Source: Eledone cirrhosa
Lineage: Eukaryota
DNA: 64,000 nt
Assembly (NCBI GenBank): GCA_964016885.1
Contig: OZ024741.1
Coordinates: 416,020,001 to 416,084,000 of the forward strand
Direction: 5' to 3'
Notes under the pieces: generated by a model
Databases searched by the model: none
Seen by the model: only the letters and a program-made list of their open reading frames with translations
Told to the model about the DNA's origin: nothing
Shown: positions 42,430 through 58,500 of the stretch, in pieces
Position numbering within the stretch: position 1 is the stretch's first letter
How the letters are laid out: the number at the start of each line of letters is the position of its first letter
Made by a program: the position numbers and the translations under genes

Positions 42430-45400
42430 TGTTATATTAACTGGGGCCTCTGTTATATTAATTGGGGTCTCTGTTATATTAACTGGGGTCTGTTATCTTA
42501 ACTGGGGTCTCTGTTATATTAACTGGGGTCTCTGTTATATTAACTGGGATCTCTGTTATATTAACTGGGGCCTCTGTTATATTAACTGGGATCTCTATTA
42601 TATTAACTGGGGTCTGTTATATTAACTGGGGTCTCTGTTATATTAACTGGGGTCTGTTATATTAACTGTGGCCTCTGTTATCTTAACTGTGGTCTCTGTT
42701 ATATTAACTGGGATCTCTGTTATATTAACTGGGGTCTCTGTTATATTAACTGGTGTCTCTTTTATATTAACTGGAATCTCTGTTATATTAACTGGGGTTT
42801 CTGTTATATTAACTGGGGCCTCTATTATATTAACTGGGCTCTGTGTTATATTAACTGGGATCTCTGTTATATTAACTGGGGTCTCTGTTATATTAACTGA
42901 GGTCTCTGTTATATTAACTGGGTCTCTGTTATATTAACTGGGGTATGTTATATTAACTGGGGTCTCTGTTATATTAGCTGGGGTCTCTATTATATTAACT
43001 GGGGCCTCTGTTATATTAACTGAGGTCTCTGTTATATTAACTGGGGTCTCTGTTATATTAACTGGGGTATGTTATATTAACTGGGGTATGTTATATTAAC
43101 TGGGGTCTCTGTTATATTAACTGGGGTCTCTGTTATATTAACTGGGGTCTCTGTTATATTAAATGGTGACTCTGTTATATTAACTGGGGTCTCTGTTATA
43201 TTAACTGGGGTCTGTTATATTAACTGAGATCTCTGTTATATTAACTGGGGTCTGTTATATTAACTGGGGTCTCTGTTATATTAACTGGGGTCTCTGTTAT
43301 ATTAACTGACTGGGGCCTCTATTATATTAACTGGGGTCTCTGTAATATTAACTGGGGTCTTGGTTATATTAACTGGGGCCTCTGTTATATTACCTGGGGT
43401 CTCTGTTATATTAACTGGGGTCTCTGTTATATTAACTGGGGCCTCTGTTATATTAACTGGGGTCTCGGTATATTAACTGGGGCCTCTGTTATATTAACTG
43501 GGGTCTCCTTTATATTAACTGGGGTCTCTGTTATATTAACTGGGGCATCTATTATATTAACTGGGGTCTCTGTTATATTAATTGGGGTCTCTGTTATATT
43601 AACTGGGGTCTGTTATCTTAACTGGGGTCTCTGTTATATTAACTGGGGTCTCTGTTATATTAACTGGGGTCTCTGTTATATTAACTGGGATCTCTGTTAT
43701 ATTAACTGGGGCCTCTGTTATATTAACTGGGATCTCTATTATATTAACTGGGGTCTGTTATATTAACTGGGGTATGTTATATTAACTGGGGTCTCTGTTA
43801 TATTAACTGGGGTCTCTGTTATATTAACTGGGGTCTCTGTTATATTAAATGGTGACTCTGTTATATTAACTGGGGTCTCTGTTATATTAACTGGGGCCTC
43901 TGTTATATTAACTGGGGCCTCTGTTATATTAACTGGGGCCTCTATTATATTAACTGGGGTCTCTGTTATATTAACTGGGGTCTCTGTTATATTAACTGGG
44001 GTCTGTTATATTAACTGAGATCTCTGTTATATTAACTGGGGTCTCTGTTATATTAACTGGGGTCTCTGTTATATTAACTGGGGCCTCTATTATATTAACT
44101 GGGGTCTCTGTAATATTAACTGGGGTCTTGGTTATATTAACTGGGGCCTCTGTTATATTACCTGGGGTCTCTGTTATATTAACTGGGGTCTCTGTTATAT
44201 TAACTGGGGCCTCTGTTATATTAACTGGGGTCTCGGTATATTAACTGGGGCCTCTGTTATATTAACTGGGGTCTCCTTTATATTAACTGGGGTCTCTGTT
44301 ATATTAACTGGGGCATCTATTATATTAACTGGGGTCTCTGTTATATTAATTGGGGTCTCTGTTATATTAACTGGGGTCTGTTATCTTAACTGGGGTCTCT
44401 GTTATATTAACTGGGGTCTCTGTTATATTAACTGGGATCTCTGTTATATTAACTGGGGCCTCTGTTATATTAACTGGGATCTCTATTATATTAACTGGGG
44501 TCTGTTATATTAACTGGGGTCTCTGTTATATTAACTGGGGTCTGTTATATTAACTGTGGCCTCTGTTATCTTAACTGTGGTCTCTGTTATATTAACTGGG
44601 ATCTCTGTTATATTAACTGGGGTCTCTGTTATATTAACTGGTGTCTCTTTTATATTAACTGGAATCTCTGTTATATTAACTGGGGTTTCTGTTATATTAA
44701 CTGGGGCCTCTATTATATTAACTGGGCTCTGTGTTATATTAACTGGGATCTCTGTTATATTAACTGGGGTCTCTGTTATATTAACTTGGGTCTCTGTTAT
44801 ATTAACTGGGGCGTCTGTTATATTAACTGAGGTCTCGGTATATTAACTGGGGTCTCTGTTATATTAACTGGGGTCTCTGTTATATTAACTGGGGTCTCTG
44901 TTATATTAACTGGGGTATGTTATATTAACTGGGGTATGTTATATTAACTGGGGTCTCTGTTATATTAACTGGGGTCTCTGTTATATTAACTGGGGTCTCT
45001 GTTATATTAAATGGTGACTCTGTTATATTAACTGGGGTCTCTGTTATATTAACTGGGGTCTGTTATATTAACTGAGATCTCTGTTATATTAACTGGGGTC
45101 TGTTATATTAACTGGGGTCTCTGTTATATTAACTGGGGTCTCTGTTATATTAACTGACTGGGGCCTCTATTATATTAACTGGGGTCTCTGTAATATTAAC
45201 TGGGGTCTTGGTTATATTAACTGGGGCCTCTGTTATATTACCTGGGGTCTCTGTTATATTAACTGGGGTCTCTGTTATATTAACTGGGGCCTCTGTTATA
45301 TTAACTGGGGTCTCGGTATATTAACTGGGGCCTCTGTTATATTAACTGGGGTCTCCTTTATATTAACTGGGGTCTCTGTTATATTAACTGGGGCATCTAT

Positions 45401-48400
45401 TATATTAACTGGGGTCTCTGTTATATTAATTGGGGTCTCTGTTATATTAACTGGGGTCTGTTATCTTAACTGGGGTCTCTGTTATATTAACTGGGGTCTC
45501 TGTTATATTAACTGGGGTCTCTGTTATATTAACTGGGATCTCTGTTATATTAACTGGGGCCTCTGTTATATTAACTGGGATCTCTATTATATTAACTGGG
45601 GTCTGTTATATTAACTGGGGTATGTTATATTAACTGGGGTCTCTGTTATATTAACTGGGGTCTCTGTTATATTAACTGGGGTCTCTGTTATATTAAATGG
45701 TGACTCTGTTATATTAACTGGGGTCTCTGTTATATTAACTGGGGCCTCTGTTATATTAACTGGGGCCTCTGTTATATTAACTGGGGCCTCTATTATATTA
45801 ACTGGGGTCTCTGTTATATTAACTGGGGTCTCTGTTATATTAACTGGGGTCTGTTATATTAACTGAGATCTCTGTTATATTAACTGGGGTCTCTGTTATA
45901 TTAACTGGGGTCTCTGTTATATTAACTGGGGCCTCTATTATATTAACTGGGGTCTCTGTAATATTAACTGGGGTCTTGGTTATATTAACTGGGGCCTCTG
46001 TTATATTACCTGGGGTCTCTGTTATATTAACTGGGGTCTCTGTTATATTAACTGGGGCCTCTGTTATATTAACTGGGGTCTCGGTATATTAACTGGGGCC
46101 TCTGTTATATTAACTGGGGTCTCCTTTATATTAACTGGGGTCTCTGTTATATTAACTGGGGCATCTATTATATTAACTGGGGTCTCTGTTATATTAATTG
46201 GGGTCTCTGTTATATTAACTGGGGTCTGTTATCTTAACTGGGGTCTCTGTTATATTAACTGGGGTCTCTGTTATATTAACTGGGATCTCTGTTATATTAA
46301 CTGGGGCCTCTGTTATATTAACTGGGATCTCTATTATATTAACTGGGGTCTGTTATATTAACTGGGGTCTCTGTTATATTAACTGGGGTCTGTTATATTA
46401 ACTGTGGCCTCTGTTATCTTAACTGTGGTCTCTGTTATATTAACTGGGATCTCTGTTATATTAACTGGGGTCTCTGTTATATTAACTGGTGTCTCTTTTA
46501 TATTAACTGGAATCTCTGTTATATTAACTGGGGTTTCTGTTATATTAACTGGGGCCTCTATTATATTAACTGGGCTCTGTGTTATATTAACTGGGATCTC
46601 TGTTATATTAACTGGGGTCTCTGTTATATTAACTTGGGTCTCTGTTATATTAACTGGGGCGTCTGTTATATTAACTGAGGTCTCGGTATATTAACTGGGG
46701 TCTCTGTTATATTAACTGGGGTCTCTGTTATATAAACTGGGGTCTGTTATATTAACTGAGATCTCTGTTATATTAACTGGGGTCTGTTATATTAACTGGG
46801 GCCTCTGTTATATTAATTGGGGTCTCTGTTATATTAACTGGGGTCTGTTATCTTAACTGGGGTCTCTGTTATATTAACTGGGGTCTCTGTTATATTAACT
46901 GGGATCTCTGTTATATTAACTGGGGCCTCTGTTATATTAACTGGGATCTCTATTATATTAACTGGGGTCTGTTATATTAACTGGGGTCTCTGTTATATTA
47001 ACTGGGGTCTGTTATATTAACTGTGGCCTCTGTTATCTTAACTGTGGTCTCTGTTATATTAACTGGGATCTCTGTTATATTAACTGGGGTCTCTGTTATA
47101 TTAACTGGTGTCTCTTTTATATTAACTGGAATCTCTGTTATATTAACTGGGGTTTCTGTTATATTAACTGGGGCCTCTATTATATTAACTGGGCTCTGTG
47201 TTATATTAACTGGGATCTCTGTTATATTAACTGGGGTCTCTGTTATATTAACTGAGGTCTCTGTTATATTAACTGGGTCTCTGTTATATTAACTGGGGTA
47301 TGTTATATTAACTGGGGTCTCTGTTATATTAGCTGGGGTCTCTATTATATTAACTGGGGCCTCTGTTATATTAACTGAGGTCTCTGTTATATTAACTGGG
47401 GTCTCTGTTATATTAACTGGGGTATGTTATATTAACTGGGGTATGTTATATTAACTGGGGTCTCTGTTATATTAACTGGGGTCTCTGTTATATTAACTGG
47501 GGTCTCTGTTATATTAAATGGTGACTCTGTTATATTAACTGGGGTCTCTGTTATATTAACTGGGGTCTGTTATATTAACTGAGATCTCTGTTATATTAAC
47601 TGGGGTCTGTTATATTAACTGGGGTCTCTGTTATATTAACTGGGGTCTCTGTTATATTAACTGACTGGGGCCTCTATTATATTAACTGGGGTCTCTGTAA
47701 TATTAACTGGGGTCTTGGTTATATTAACTGGGGCCTCTGTTATATTACCTGGGGTCTCTGTTATATTAACTGGGGTCTCTGTTATATTAACTGGGGCCTC
47801 TGTTATATTAACTGGGGTCTCGGTATATTAACTGGGGCCTCTGTTATATTAACTGGGGTCTCCTTTATATTAACTGGGGTCTCTGTTATATTAACTGGGG
47901 CATCTATTATATTAACTGGGGTCTCTGTTATATTAATTGGGGTCTCTGTTATATTAACTGGGGTCTGTTATCTTAACTGGGGTCTCTGTTATAGTAACTG
48001 GGGTCTCTGTTATATTAACTGGGGTCTCTGTTATATTAACTGGGATCTCTGTTATATTAACTGGGGCCTCTGTTATATTAACTGGGATCTCTATTATATT
48101 AACTGGGGTCTGTTATATTAACTGGGGTATGTTATATTAACTGGGGTCTCTGTTATATTAACTGGGGTCTCTGTTATATTAACTGGGGTCTCTGTTATAT
48201 TAAATGGTGACTCTGTTATATTAACTGGGGTCTCTGTTATATTAACTGGGGCCTCTGTTATATTAACTGGGGCCTCTGTTATATTAACTGGGGCCTCTAT
48301 TATATTAACTGGGGTCTCTGTTATATTAACTGGGGTCTCTGTTATATTAACTGGGGTCTGTTATATTAACTGAGATCTCTGTTATATTAACTGGGGTCTC

Positions 48401-49550
48401 TGTTATATTAACTGGGGTCTCTGTTATATTAACTGGGGCCTCTATTATATTAACTGGGGTCTCTGTAATATTAACTGGGGTCTTGGTTATATTAACTGGG
48501 GCCTCTGTTATATTACCTGGGGTCTCTGTTATATTAACTGGGGTCTCTGTTATATTAACTGGGGCCTCTGTTATATTAACTGGGGTCTCGGTATATTAAC
48601 TGGGGCCTCTGTTATATTAACTGGGGTCTCCTTTATATTAACTGGGGTCTCTGTTATATTAACTGGGGCATCTATTATATTAACTGGGGTCTCTGTTATA
48701 TTAATTGGGGTCTCTGTTATATTAACTGGGGTCTGTTATCTTAACTGGGGTCTCTGTTATATTAACTGGGGTCTCTGTTATATTAACTGGGATCTCTGTT
48801 ATATTAACTGGGGCCTCTGTTATATTAACTGGGATCTCTATTATATTAACTGGGGTCTGTTATATTAACTGGGGTCTCTGTTATATTAACTGGGGTCTGT
48901 TATATTAACTGTGGCCTCTGTTATCTTAACTGTGGTCTCTGTTATATTAACTGGGATCTCTGTTATATTAACTGGGGTCTCTGTTATATTAACTGGTGTC
49001 TCTTTTATATTAACTGGAATCTCTGTTATATTAACTGGGGTTTCTGTTATATTAACTGGGGCCTCTATTATATTAACTGGGCTCTGTGTTATATTAACTG
49101 GGATCTCTGTTATATTAACTGGGGTCTCTGTTATATTAACTGAGGTCTCTGTTATATTAACTGGGTCTCTGTTATATTAACTGGGGTATGTTATATTAAC
49201 TGGGGTCTCTGTTATATTAGCTGGGGTCTCTATTATATTAACTGGGGCCTCTGTTATATTAACTGAGGTCTCTGTTATATTAACTGGGGTCTCTGTTATA
49301 TTAACTGGGGTATGTTATATTAACTGGGGTATGTTATATTAACTGGGGTCTCTGTTATATTAACTGGGGTCTCTGTTATATTAACTGGGGTCTCTGTTAT
49401 ATTAAATGGTGACTCTGTTATATTAACTGGGGTCTCTGTTATATTAACTGGGGTCTGTTATATTAACTGAGATCTCTGTTATATTAACTGGGGTCTGTTA
49501 TATTAACTGGGGTCTCTGTTATATTAACTGGGGTCTCTGTTATATTAACT
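42430..49550. repeat. Higher-order domain V: irregular ~1.85-1.89-kb units
   Basis: The GTGGCCTCTGTTATCTT cassette starts at 42668, 44556 (+1888), 46404 (+1848), 47023 and 48911 (+1888). The AACTGACTGGGG marker is at 43304/45152 (+1848) and 47659/49547 (+1888). The same 1888 spacing occurs at 33101/34989. Confidence 0.82.
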
Positions 49551-52500
49551 GACTGGGGCCTCTATTATATTAACTGGGGTCTCTGTAATATTAACTGGGG
49601 TCTTGGTTATATTAACTGGGGCCTCTGTTATATTACCTGGGGTCTCTGTTATATTAACTGGGGTCTCTGTTATATTAACTGGGGCCTCTGTTATATTAAC
49701 TGGGGTCTCGGTATATTAACTGGGGCCTCTGTTATATTAACTGGGGTCTCCTTTATATTAACTGGGGTCTCTGTTATATTAACTGGGGCATCTATTATAT
49801 TAACTGGGGTCTCTGTTATATTAATTGGGGTCTCTGTTATATTAACTGGGGTCTGTTATCTTAACTGGGGTCTCTGTTATATTAACTGGGGTCTCTGTTA
49901 TATTAACTGGGGTCTCTGTTATATTAACTGGGATCTCTGTTATATTAACTGGGGCCTCTGTTATATTAACTGGGATCTCTATTATATTAACTGGGGTCTG
50001 TTATATTAACTGGGGTCTCTGTTATATTAACTGGGGTCTGTTATATTAACTGTGGCCTCTGTTATCTTAACTGTGGTCTCTGTTATATTAACTGGGATCT
50101 CTGTTATATTAACTGGGGTCTCTGTTATATTAACTGGTGTCTCTTTTATATTAACTGGAATCTCTGTTATATTAACTGGGGTTTCTGTTATATTAACTGG
50201 GGCCTCTATTATATTAACTGGGCTCTGTGTTATATTAACTGGGATCTCTGTTATATTAACTGGGGTCTCTGTTATATTAACTGGGGTCTCTGTTATATTA
50301 ACTGGGATCTCTGTAATATTAACTGGTGTCTCTGTTATATTAACTGGGGTCTCTGTTATATTAACTGGGGCCTCTGTTATATTAACTGGGGCCTCTATTA
50401 TATTAACTGGCGTCTCTGTAATATTAACTGGGGTCTTGGTTATATTAACTGGGGTCTCTGTTATATTAACTGGGGTCTGTTATATTAACTGAGATCTCTG
50501 TTATATTAACTGGGGTCTGTTATATTAACTGGGGTCTCTGTTGTATTAACTGGGGCCGCTATTATATTAACTGGCGTCTCTGTAATATTAACTGGGGTCT
50601 TGGTTATATTAACTGGGGCCTCTGTTATATTAACTGGGGTCTCTGTTATATTAACTTGGGTCTCTGTTATATTAACTGGGGCGTCTGTTATATTAACTGA
50701 GGTCTCGGTATATTAACTGGGGTCTCTGTTATATTAACTGGGGTCTCTGTTATATAAACTGGGGTCTGTTATATTAACTGAGATCTCTGTTATATTAACT
50801 GGGGTCTGTTATATTAACTGGGGTCTCTGTTATATTAACTGGGGTCTCTGTTATATTAACTGGGGCCTCTATTATATTAACTGGGGTCTCTGTAATATTA
50901 ACTAGGGTCTTGGTTATATTAACTGGGGCCTCTGTTATATTAACTGGGGTCTCTGTTATATTAACTGGGGTCTCTGTTATATTAACTGGGGCCTCTGTTA
51001 TATTAACTGGGGTCTCGGTATATTAACTGGGGCCTCTGTTTTATTAACTGGGGTCTCCTTTATATTAACTGGGGCCTCTGTTATATTAACTGGGGCATCT
51101 ATTATATTAACTGGGGTCTCTGTTATATTAATTGGGGTCTCTGTTATATTAACTGGGGTCTCTGTTATATTAACTGGGGTCTCTGTTATATTAACTGGGG
51201 TCTCTGTTATATTAACTGGGGTCTCTGTTATATTAACTGGGATCTCTGTTATATTAACTGGGGCCTCTGTTATATTAACTGGGATCTCTATTATATTAAC
51301 TGGGGTCTGTTATATTAACTGGGGTCTCTGTTATATTAACTGGGGTCTGTTTTATTAACTGGGGTCTGTTATATAAACTGGGGTCTGTTATATTAGCTGT
51401 GGCCTCTGTTATCTTAACTGTGGTCTCTGTTATATTAACTGGGATCTCTGTTATATTAACTGGGGTCTCTGTTATATTAACTGGTGTCTCTTTTATATTA
51501 ACTGGAATCTCTGTTATATTAACTGGGGTTTCTGTTATATTAACTGGGGCCTCTATTATATTAACTGGGGTCTGTTATATTAACTGGGGTCTCTGTTATA
51601 TTAACTGGGGTCTCTGTTATATTAACTGGGGCCTCTATTATATTAACTGGGGTCTCTGTAATATTAACTAGGGTCTTGGTTATATTAACTGGGGCCTCTG
51701 TTATATTAACTGGGGTCTCTGTTATATTAACTGGGGTCTCTGTTATATTAACTGGGGCCTCTGTTATATTAACTGGGGTCTCGGTATATTAACTGGGGCC
51801 TCTGTTATATTAACTGGGGTCTCCTTTATATTAACTGGGGTCTCTGTTATATTAACTGGGGCATCTATTATATTAACTGGGGTCTCTGTTATATTAATTG
51901 GGGTCTCTGTTATATTAACTGGGGTCTCTGTTATATTAACTGGGGTCTCTGTTATATTAACTGGGGTCTCTGTTATATTAACTGGGGTCTCTGTTATATT
52001 AACTGGGATCTCTGTTATATTAACTGGGGCCTCTGTTATATTAACTGGGATCTCTATTATATTAACTGGGGTCTGTTATATTAACTGGGGTCTCTGTTAT
52101 ATTAACTGGGGTCTGTTTTATTAACTGGGGTCTGTTATATAAACTGGGGTCTGTTATATTAGCTGTGGCCTCTGTTATCTTAACTGTGGTCTCTGTTATA
52201 TTAACTGGGATCTCTGTTATATTAACTGGGGTCTCTGTTATATTAACTGGTGTCTCTTTTATATTAACTGGAATCTCTGTTATATTAACTGGGGTTTCTG
52301 TTATATTAACTGGGGCCTCTATTATATTAACTGGGCTCTGTGTTATATTAACAGGGATCTCTGTTATATTAACTGGGGTCTCTGTTATATTAACTGGGGT
52401 CTCTGTTATATTAACTGGGGTCTGTTATATTAACTGAGATCTCTGTTATATTAACTGGGGTCTCTGTTATATTAACTGGGGTCTCTGTTATATTAACTGG

Positions 52501-55500
52501 GGCCTCTATTATATTAACTGGGGTCTCTGTAATATTAACTGGGGTCTTGGTTATATTAACTGGGGCCTCTGTTATATTACCTGGGGTCTCTGTTATATTA
52601 ACTGGGGTCTCTGTTATATTAACTGGGGCCTCTGTTATATTAACTGGGGTCTCGGTATATTAACTGGGGCCTCTGTTATATTAACTGGGGTCTCCTTTAT
52701 ATTAACTGGGGTCTCTGTTATATTAACTGGGGCATCTATTATATTAACTGGGGTCTCTGTTATATTAATTGGGGTCTCTGTTATATTAACTGGGGTCTGT
52801 TATCTTAACTGGGGTCTCTGTTATATTAACTGGGGTCTCTGTTATATTAACTGGGGTCTCTGTTATATTAACTGGGATCTCTGTTATATTAACTGGGGCC
52901 TCTGTTATATTAACTGGGATCTCTATTATATTAACTGGGGTCTGTTATATTAACTGGGGTCTCTGTTATATTAACTGGGGTCTGTTATATTAACTGTGGC
53001 CTCTGTTATCTTAACTGTGGTCTCTGTTATATTAACTGGGATCTCTGTTATATTAACTGGGGTCTCTGTTATATTAACTGGTGTCTCTTTTATATTAACT
53101 GGAATCTCTGTTATATTAACTGGGGTTTCTGTTATATTAACTGGGGCCTCTATTATATTAACTGGGCTCTGTGTTATATTAACTGGGATCTCTGTTATAT
53201 TAACTGGGGTCTCTGTTATATTAACTGGGGTCTCTGTTATATTAACTGGGATCTCTGTAATATTAACTGGTGTCTCTGTTATATTAACTGGGGTCTCTGT
53301 TATATTAACTGGGGCCTCTGTTATATTAACTGGGGCCTCTATTATATTAACTGGCGTCTCTGTAATATTAACTGGGGTCTTGGTTATATTAACTGGGGTC
53401 TCTGTTATATTAACTGGGGTCTGTTATATTAACTGAGATCTCTGTTATATTAACTGGGGTCTGTTATATTAACTGGGGTCTCTGTTGTATTAACTGGGGC
53501 CGCTATTATATTAACTGGCGTCTCTGTAATATTAACTGGGGTCTTGGTTATATTAACTGGGGCCTCTGTTATATTAACTGGGGTCTCTGTTATATTAACT
53601 TGGGTCTCTGTTATATTAACTGGGGCGTCTGTTATATTAACTGAGGTCTCGGTATATTAACTGGGGTCTCTGTTATATTAACTGGGGTCTCTGTTATATA
53701 AACTGGGGTCTGTTATATTAACTGAGATCTCTGTTATATTAACTGGGGTCTGTTATATTAACTGGGGTCTCTGTTATATTAACTGGGGTCTCTGTTATAT
53801 TAACTGGGGCCTCTATTATATTAACTGGGGTCTCTGTAATATTAACTAGGGTCTTGGTTATATTAACTGGGGCCTCTGTTATATTAACTGGGGTCTCTGT
53901 TATATTAACTGGGGTCTCTGTTATATTAACTGGGGCCTCTGTTATATTAACTGGGGTCTCGGTATATTAACTGGGGCCTCTGTTTTATTAACTGGGGTCT
54001 CCTTTATATTAACTGGGGTCTCTGTTATATTAACTGGGGCATCTATTATATTAACTGGGGTCTCTGTTATATTAATTGGGGTCTCTGTTATATTAACTGG
54101 GGTCTCTGTTATATTAACTGGGGTCTCTGTTATATTAACTGGGGTCTCTGTTATATTAACTGGGGTCTCTGTTATATTAACTGGGATCTCTGTTATATTA
54201 ACTGGGGCCTCTGTTATATTAACTGGGATCTCTATTATATTAACTGGGGTCTGTTATATTAACTGGGGTCTCTGTTATATTAACTGGGGTCTGTTTTATT
54301 AACTGGGGTCTGTTATATAAACTGGGGTCTGTTATATTAGCTGTGGCCTCTGTTATCTTAACTGTGGTCTCTGTTATATTAACTGGGATCTCTGTTATAT
54401 TAACTGGGGTCTCTGTTATATTAACTGGTGTCTCTTTTATATTAACTGGAATCTCTGTTATATTAACTGGGGTTTCTGTTATATTAACTGGGGCCTCTAT
54501 TATATTAACTGGGGTCTGTTATATTAACTGGGGTCTCTGTTATATTAACTGGGGTCTCTGTTATATTAACTGGGGCCTCTATTATATTAACTGGGGTCTC
54601 TGTAATATTAACTAGGGTCTTGGTTATATTAACTGGGGCCTCTGTTATATTAACTGGGGTCTCTGTTATATTAACTGGGGTCTCTGTTATATTAACTGGG
54701 GCCTCTGTTATATTAACTGGGGTCTCGGTATATTAACTGGGGCCTCTGTTATATTAACTGGGGTCTCCTTTATATTAACTGGGGTCTCTGTTATATTAAC
54801 TGGGGCATCTATTATATTAACTGGGGTCTCTGTTATATTAATTGGGGTCTCTGTTATATTAACTGGGGTCTCTGTTATATTAACTGGGGTCTCTGTTATA
54901 TTAACTGGGGTCTCTGTTATATTAACTGGGGTCTCTGTTATATTAACTGGGATCTCTGTTATATTAACTGGGGCCTCTGTTATATTAACTGGGATCTCTA
55001 TTATATTAACTGGGGTCTGTTATATTAACTGGGGTCTCTGTTATATTAACTGGGGTCTGTTTTATTAACTGGGGTCTGTTATATAAACTGGGGTCTGTTA
55101 TATTAGCTGTGGCCTCTGTTATCTTAACTGTGGTCTCTGTTATATTAACTGGGATCTCTGTTATATTAACTGGGGTCTCTGTTATATTAACTGGTGTCTC
55201 TTTTATATTAACTGGAATCTCTGTTATATTAACTGGGGTTTCTGTTATATTAACTGGGGCCTCTATTATATTAACTGGGCTCTGTGTTATATTAACAGGG
55301 ATCTCTGTTATATTAACTGGGGTCTCTGTTATATTAACTGGGGTCTCTGTTATATTAACTGGGGTCTGTTATATTAACTGAGATCTCTGTTATATTAACT
55401 GGGGTCTCTGTTATATTAACTGGGGTCTCTGTTATATTAACTGGGGCCTCTATTATATTAACTGGGGTCTCTGTAATATTAACTGGGGTCTTGGTTATAT

Positions 55501-58500
55501 TAACTGGGGCCTCTGTTATATTACCTGGGGTCTCTGTTATATTAACTGGGGTCTCTGTTATATTAACTGGGGCCTCTGTTATATTAACTGGGGTCTCGGT
55601 ATATTAACTGGGGCCTCTGTTATATTAACTGGGGTCTCCTTTATATTAACTGGGGTCTCTGTTATATTAACTGGGGCATCTATTATATTAACTGGGGTCT
55701 CTGTTATATTAATTGGGGTCTCTGTTATATTAACTGGGGTCTGTTATCTTAACTGGGGTCTCTGTTATATTAACTGGGGTCTCTGTTATATTAACTGGGG
55801 TCTCTGTTATATTAACTGGGATCTCTGTTATATTAACTGGGGCCTCTGTTATATTAACTGGGATCTCTATTATATTAACTGGGGTCTGTTATATTAACTG
55901 GGGTCTCTGTTATATTAACTGGGGTCTGTTATATTAACTGTGGCCTCTGTTATCTTAACTGTGGTCTCTGTTATATTAACTGGGATCTCTGTTATATTAA
56001 CTGGGGTCTCTGTTATATTAACTGGTGTCTCTTTTATATTAACTGGAATCTCTGTTATATTAACTGGGGTTTCTGTTATATTAACTGGGGCCTCTATTAT
56101 ATTAACTGGGCTCTGTGTTATATTAACTGGGATCTCTGTTATATTAACTGGGGTCTCTGTTATATTAACTGGGGTCTCTGTTATATTAACTGGGATCTCT
56201 GTAATATTAACTGGTGTCTCTGTTATATTAACTGGGGTCTCTGTTATATTAACTGGGGCCTCTGTTATATTAACTGGGGCCTCTATTATATTAACTGGCG
56301 TCTCTGTAATATTAACTGGGGTCTTGGTTATATTAACTGGGGTCTCTGTTATATTAACTGGGGTCTGTTATATTAACTGAGATCTCTGTTATATTAACTG
56401 GGGTCTGTTATATTAACTGGGGTCTCTGTTGTATTAACTGGGGCCGCTATTATATTAACTGGCGTCTCTGTAATATTAACTGGGGTCTTGGTTATATTAA
56501 CTGGGGCCTCTGTTATATTAACTGGGGTCTCTGTTATATTAACTTGGGTCTCTGTTATATTAACTGGGGCGTCTGTTATATTAACTGAGGTCTCGGTATA
56601 TTAACTGGGGTCTCTGTTATATTAACTGGGGTCTCTGTTATATAAACTGGGGTCTGTTATATTAACTGAGATCTCTGTTATATTAACTGGGGTCTGTTAT
56701 ATTAACTGGGGTCTCTGTTATATTAACTGGGGTCTCTGTTATATTAACTGGGGCCTCTATTATATTAACTGGGGTCTCTGTAATATTAACTAGGGTCTTG
56801 GTTATATTAACTGGGGCCTCTGTTATATTAACTGGGGTCTCTGTTATATTAACTGGGGTCTCTGTTATATTAACTGGGGCCTCTGTTATATTAACTGGGG
56901 TCTCGGTATATTAACTGGGGCCTCTGTTTTATTAACTGGGGTCTCCTTTATATTAACTGGGGTCTCTGTTATATTAACTGGGGCATCTATTATATTAACT
57001 GGGGTCTCTGTTATATTAATTGGGGTCTCTGTTATATTAACTGGGGTCTCTGTTATATTAACTGGGGTCTCTGTTATATTAACTGGGGTCTCTGTTATAT
57101 TAACTGGGGTCTCTGTTATATTAACTGGGATCTCTGTTATATTAACTGGGGCCTCTGTTATATTAACTGGGATCTCTATTATATTAACTGGGGTCTGTTA
57201 TATTAACTGGGGTCTCTGTTATATTAACTGGGGTCTGTTTTATTAACTGGGGTCTGTTATATAAACTGGGGTCTGTTATATTAGCTGTGGCCTCTGTTAT
57301 CTTAACTGTGGTCTCTGTTATATTAACTGGGATCTCTGTTATATTAACTGGGGTCTCTGTTATATTAACTGGTGTCTCTTTTATATTAACTGGAATCTCT
57401 GTTATATTAACTGGGGTTTCTGTTATATTAACTGGGGCCTCTATTATATTAACTGGGGTCTGTTATATTAACTGGGGTCTCTGTTATATTAACTGGGGTC
57501 TCTGTTATATTAACTGGGGCCTCTATTATATTAACTGGGGTCTCTGTAATATTAACTAGGGTCTTGGTTATATTAACTGGGGCCTCTGTTATATTAACTG
57601 GGGTCTCTGTTATATTAACTGGGGTCTCTGTTATATTAACTGGGGCCTCTGTTATATTAACTGGGGTCTCGGTATATTAACTGGGGCCTCTGTTATATTA
57701 ACTGGGGTCTCCTTTATATTAACTGGGGTCTCTGTTATATTAACTGGGGCATCTATTATATTAACTGGGGTCTCTGTTATATTAATTGGGGTCTCTGTTA
57801 TATTAACTGGGGTCTCTGTTATATTAACTGGGGTCTCTGTTATATTAACTGGGGTCTCTGTTATATTAACTGGGGTCTCTGTTATATTAACTGGGATCTC
57901 TGTTATATTAACTGGGGCCTCTGTTATATTAACTGGGATCTCTATTATATTAACTGGGGTCTGTTATATTAACTGGGGTCTCTGTTATATTAACTGGGGT
58001 CTGTTTTATTAACTGGGGTCTGTTATATAAACTGGGGTCTGTTATATTAGCTGTGGCCTCTGTTATCTTAACTGTGGTCTCTGTTATATTAACTGGGATC
58101 TCTGTTATATTAACTGGGGTCTCTGTTATATTAACTGGTGTCTCTTTTATATTAACTGGAATCTCTGTTATATTAACTGGGGTTTCTGTTATATTAACTG
58201 GGGCCTCTATTATATTAACTGGGCTCTGTGTTATATTAACAGGGATCTCTGTTATATTAACTGGGGTCTCTGTTATATTAACTGGGGTCTCTGTTATATT
58301 AACTGGGGTCTGTTATATTAACTGAGATCTCTGTTATATTAACTGGGGTCTCTGTTATATTAACTGGGGTCTCTGTTATATTAACTGGGGCCTCTATTAT
58401 ATTAACTGGGGTCTCTGTAATATTAACTGGGGTCTTGGTTATATTAACTGGGGCCTCTGTTATATTACCTGGGGTCTCTGTTATATTAACTGGGGTCTCT

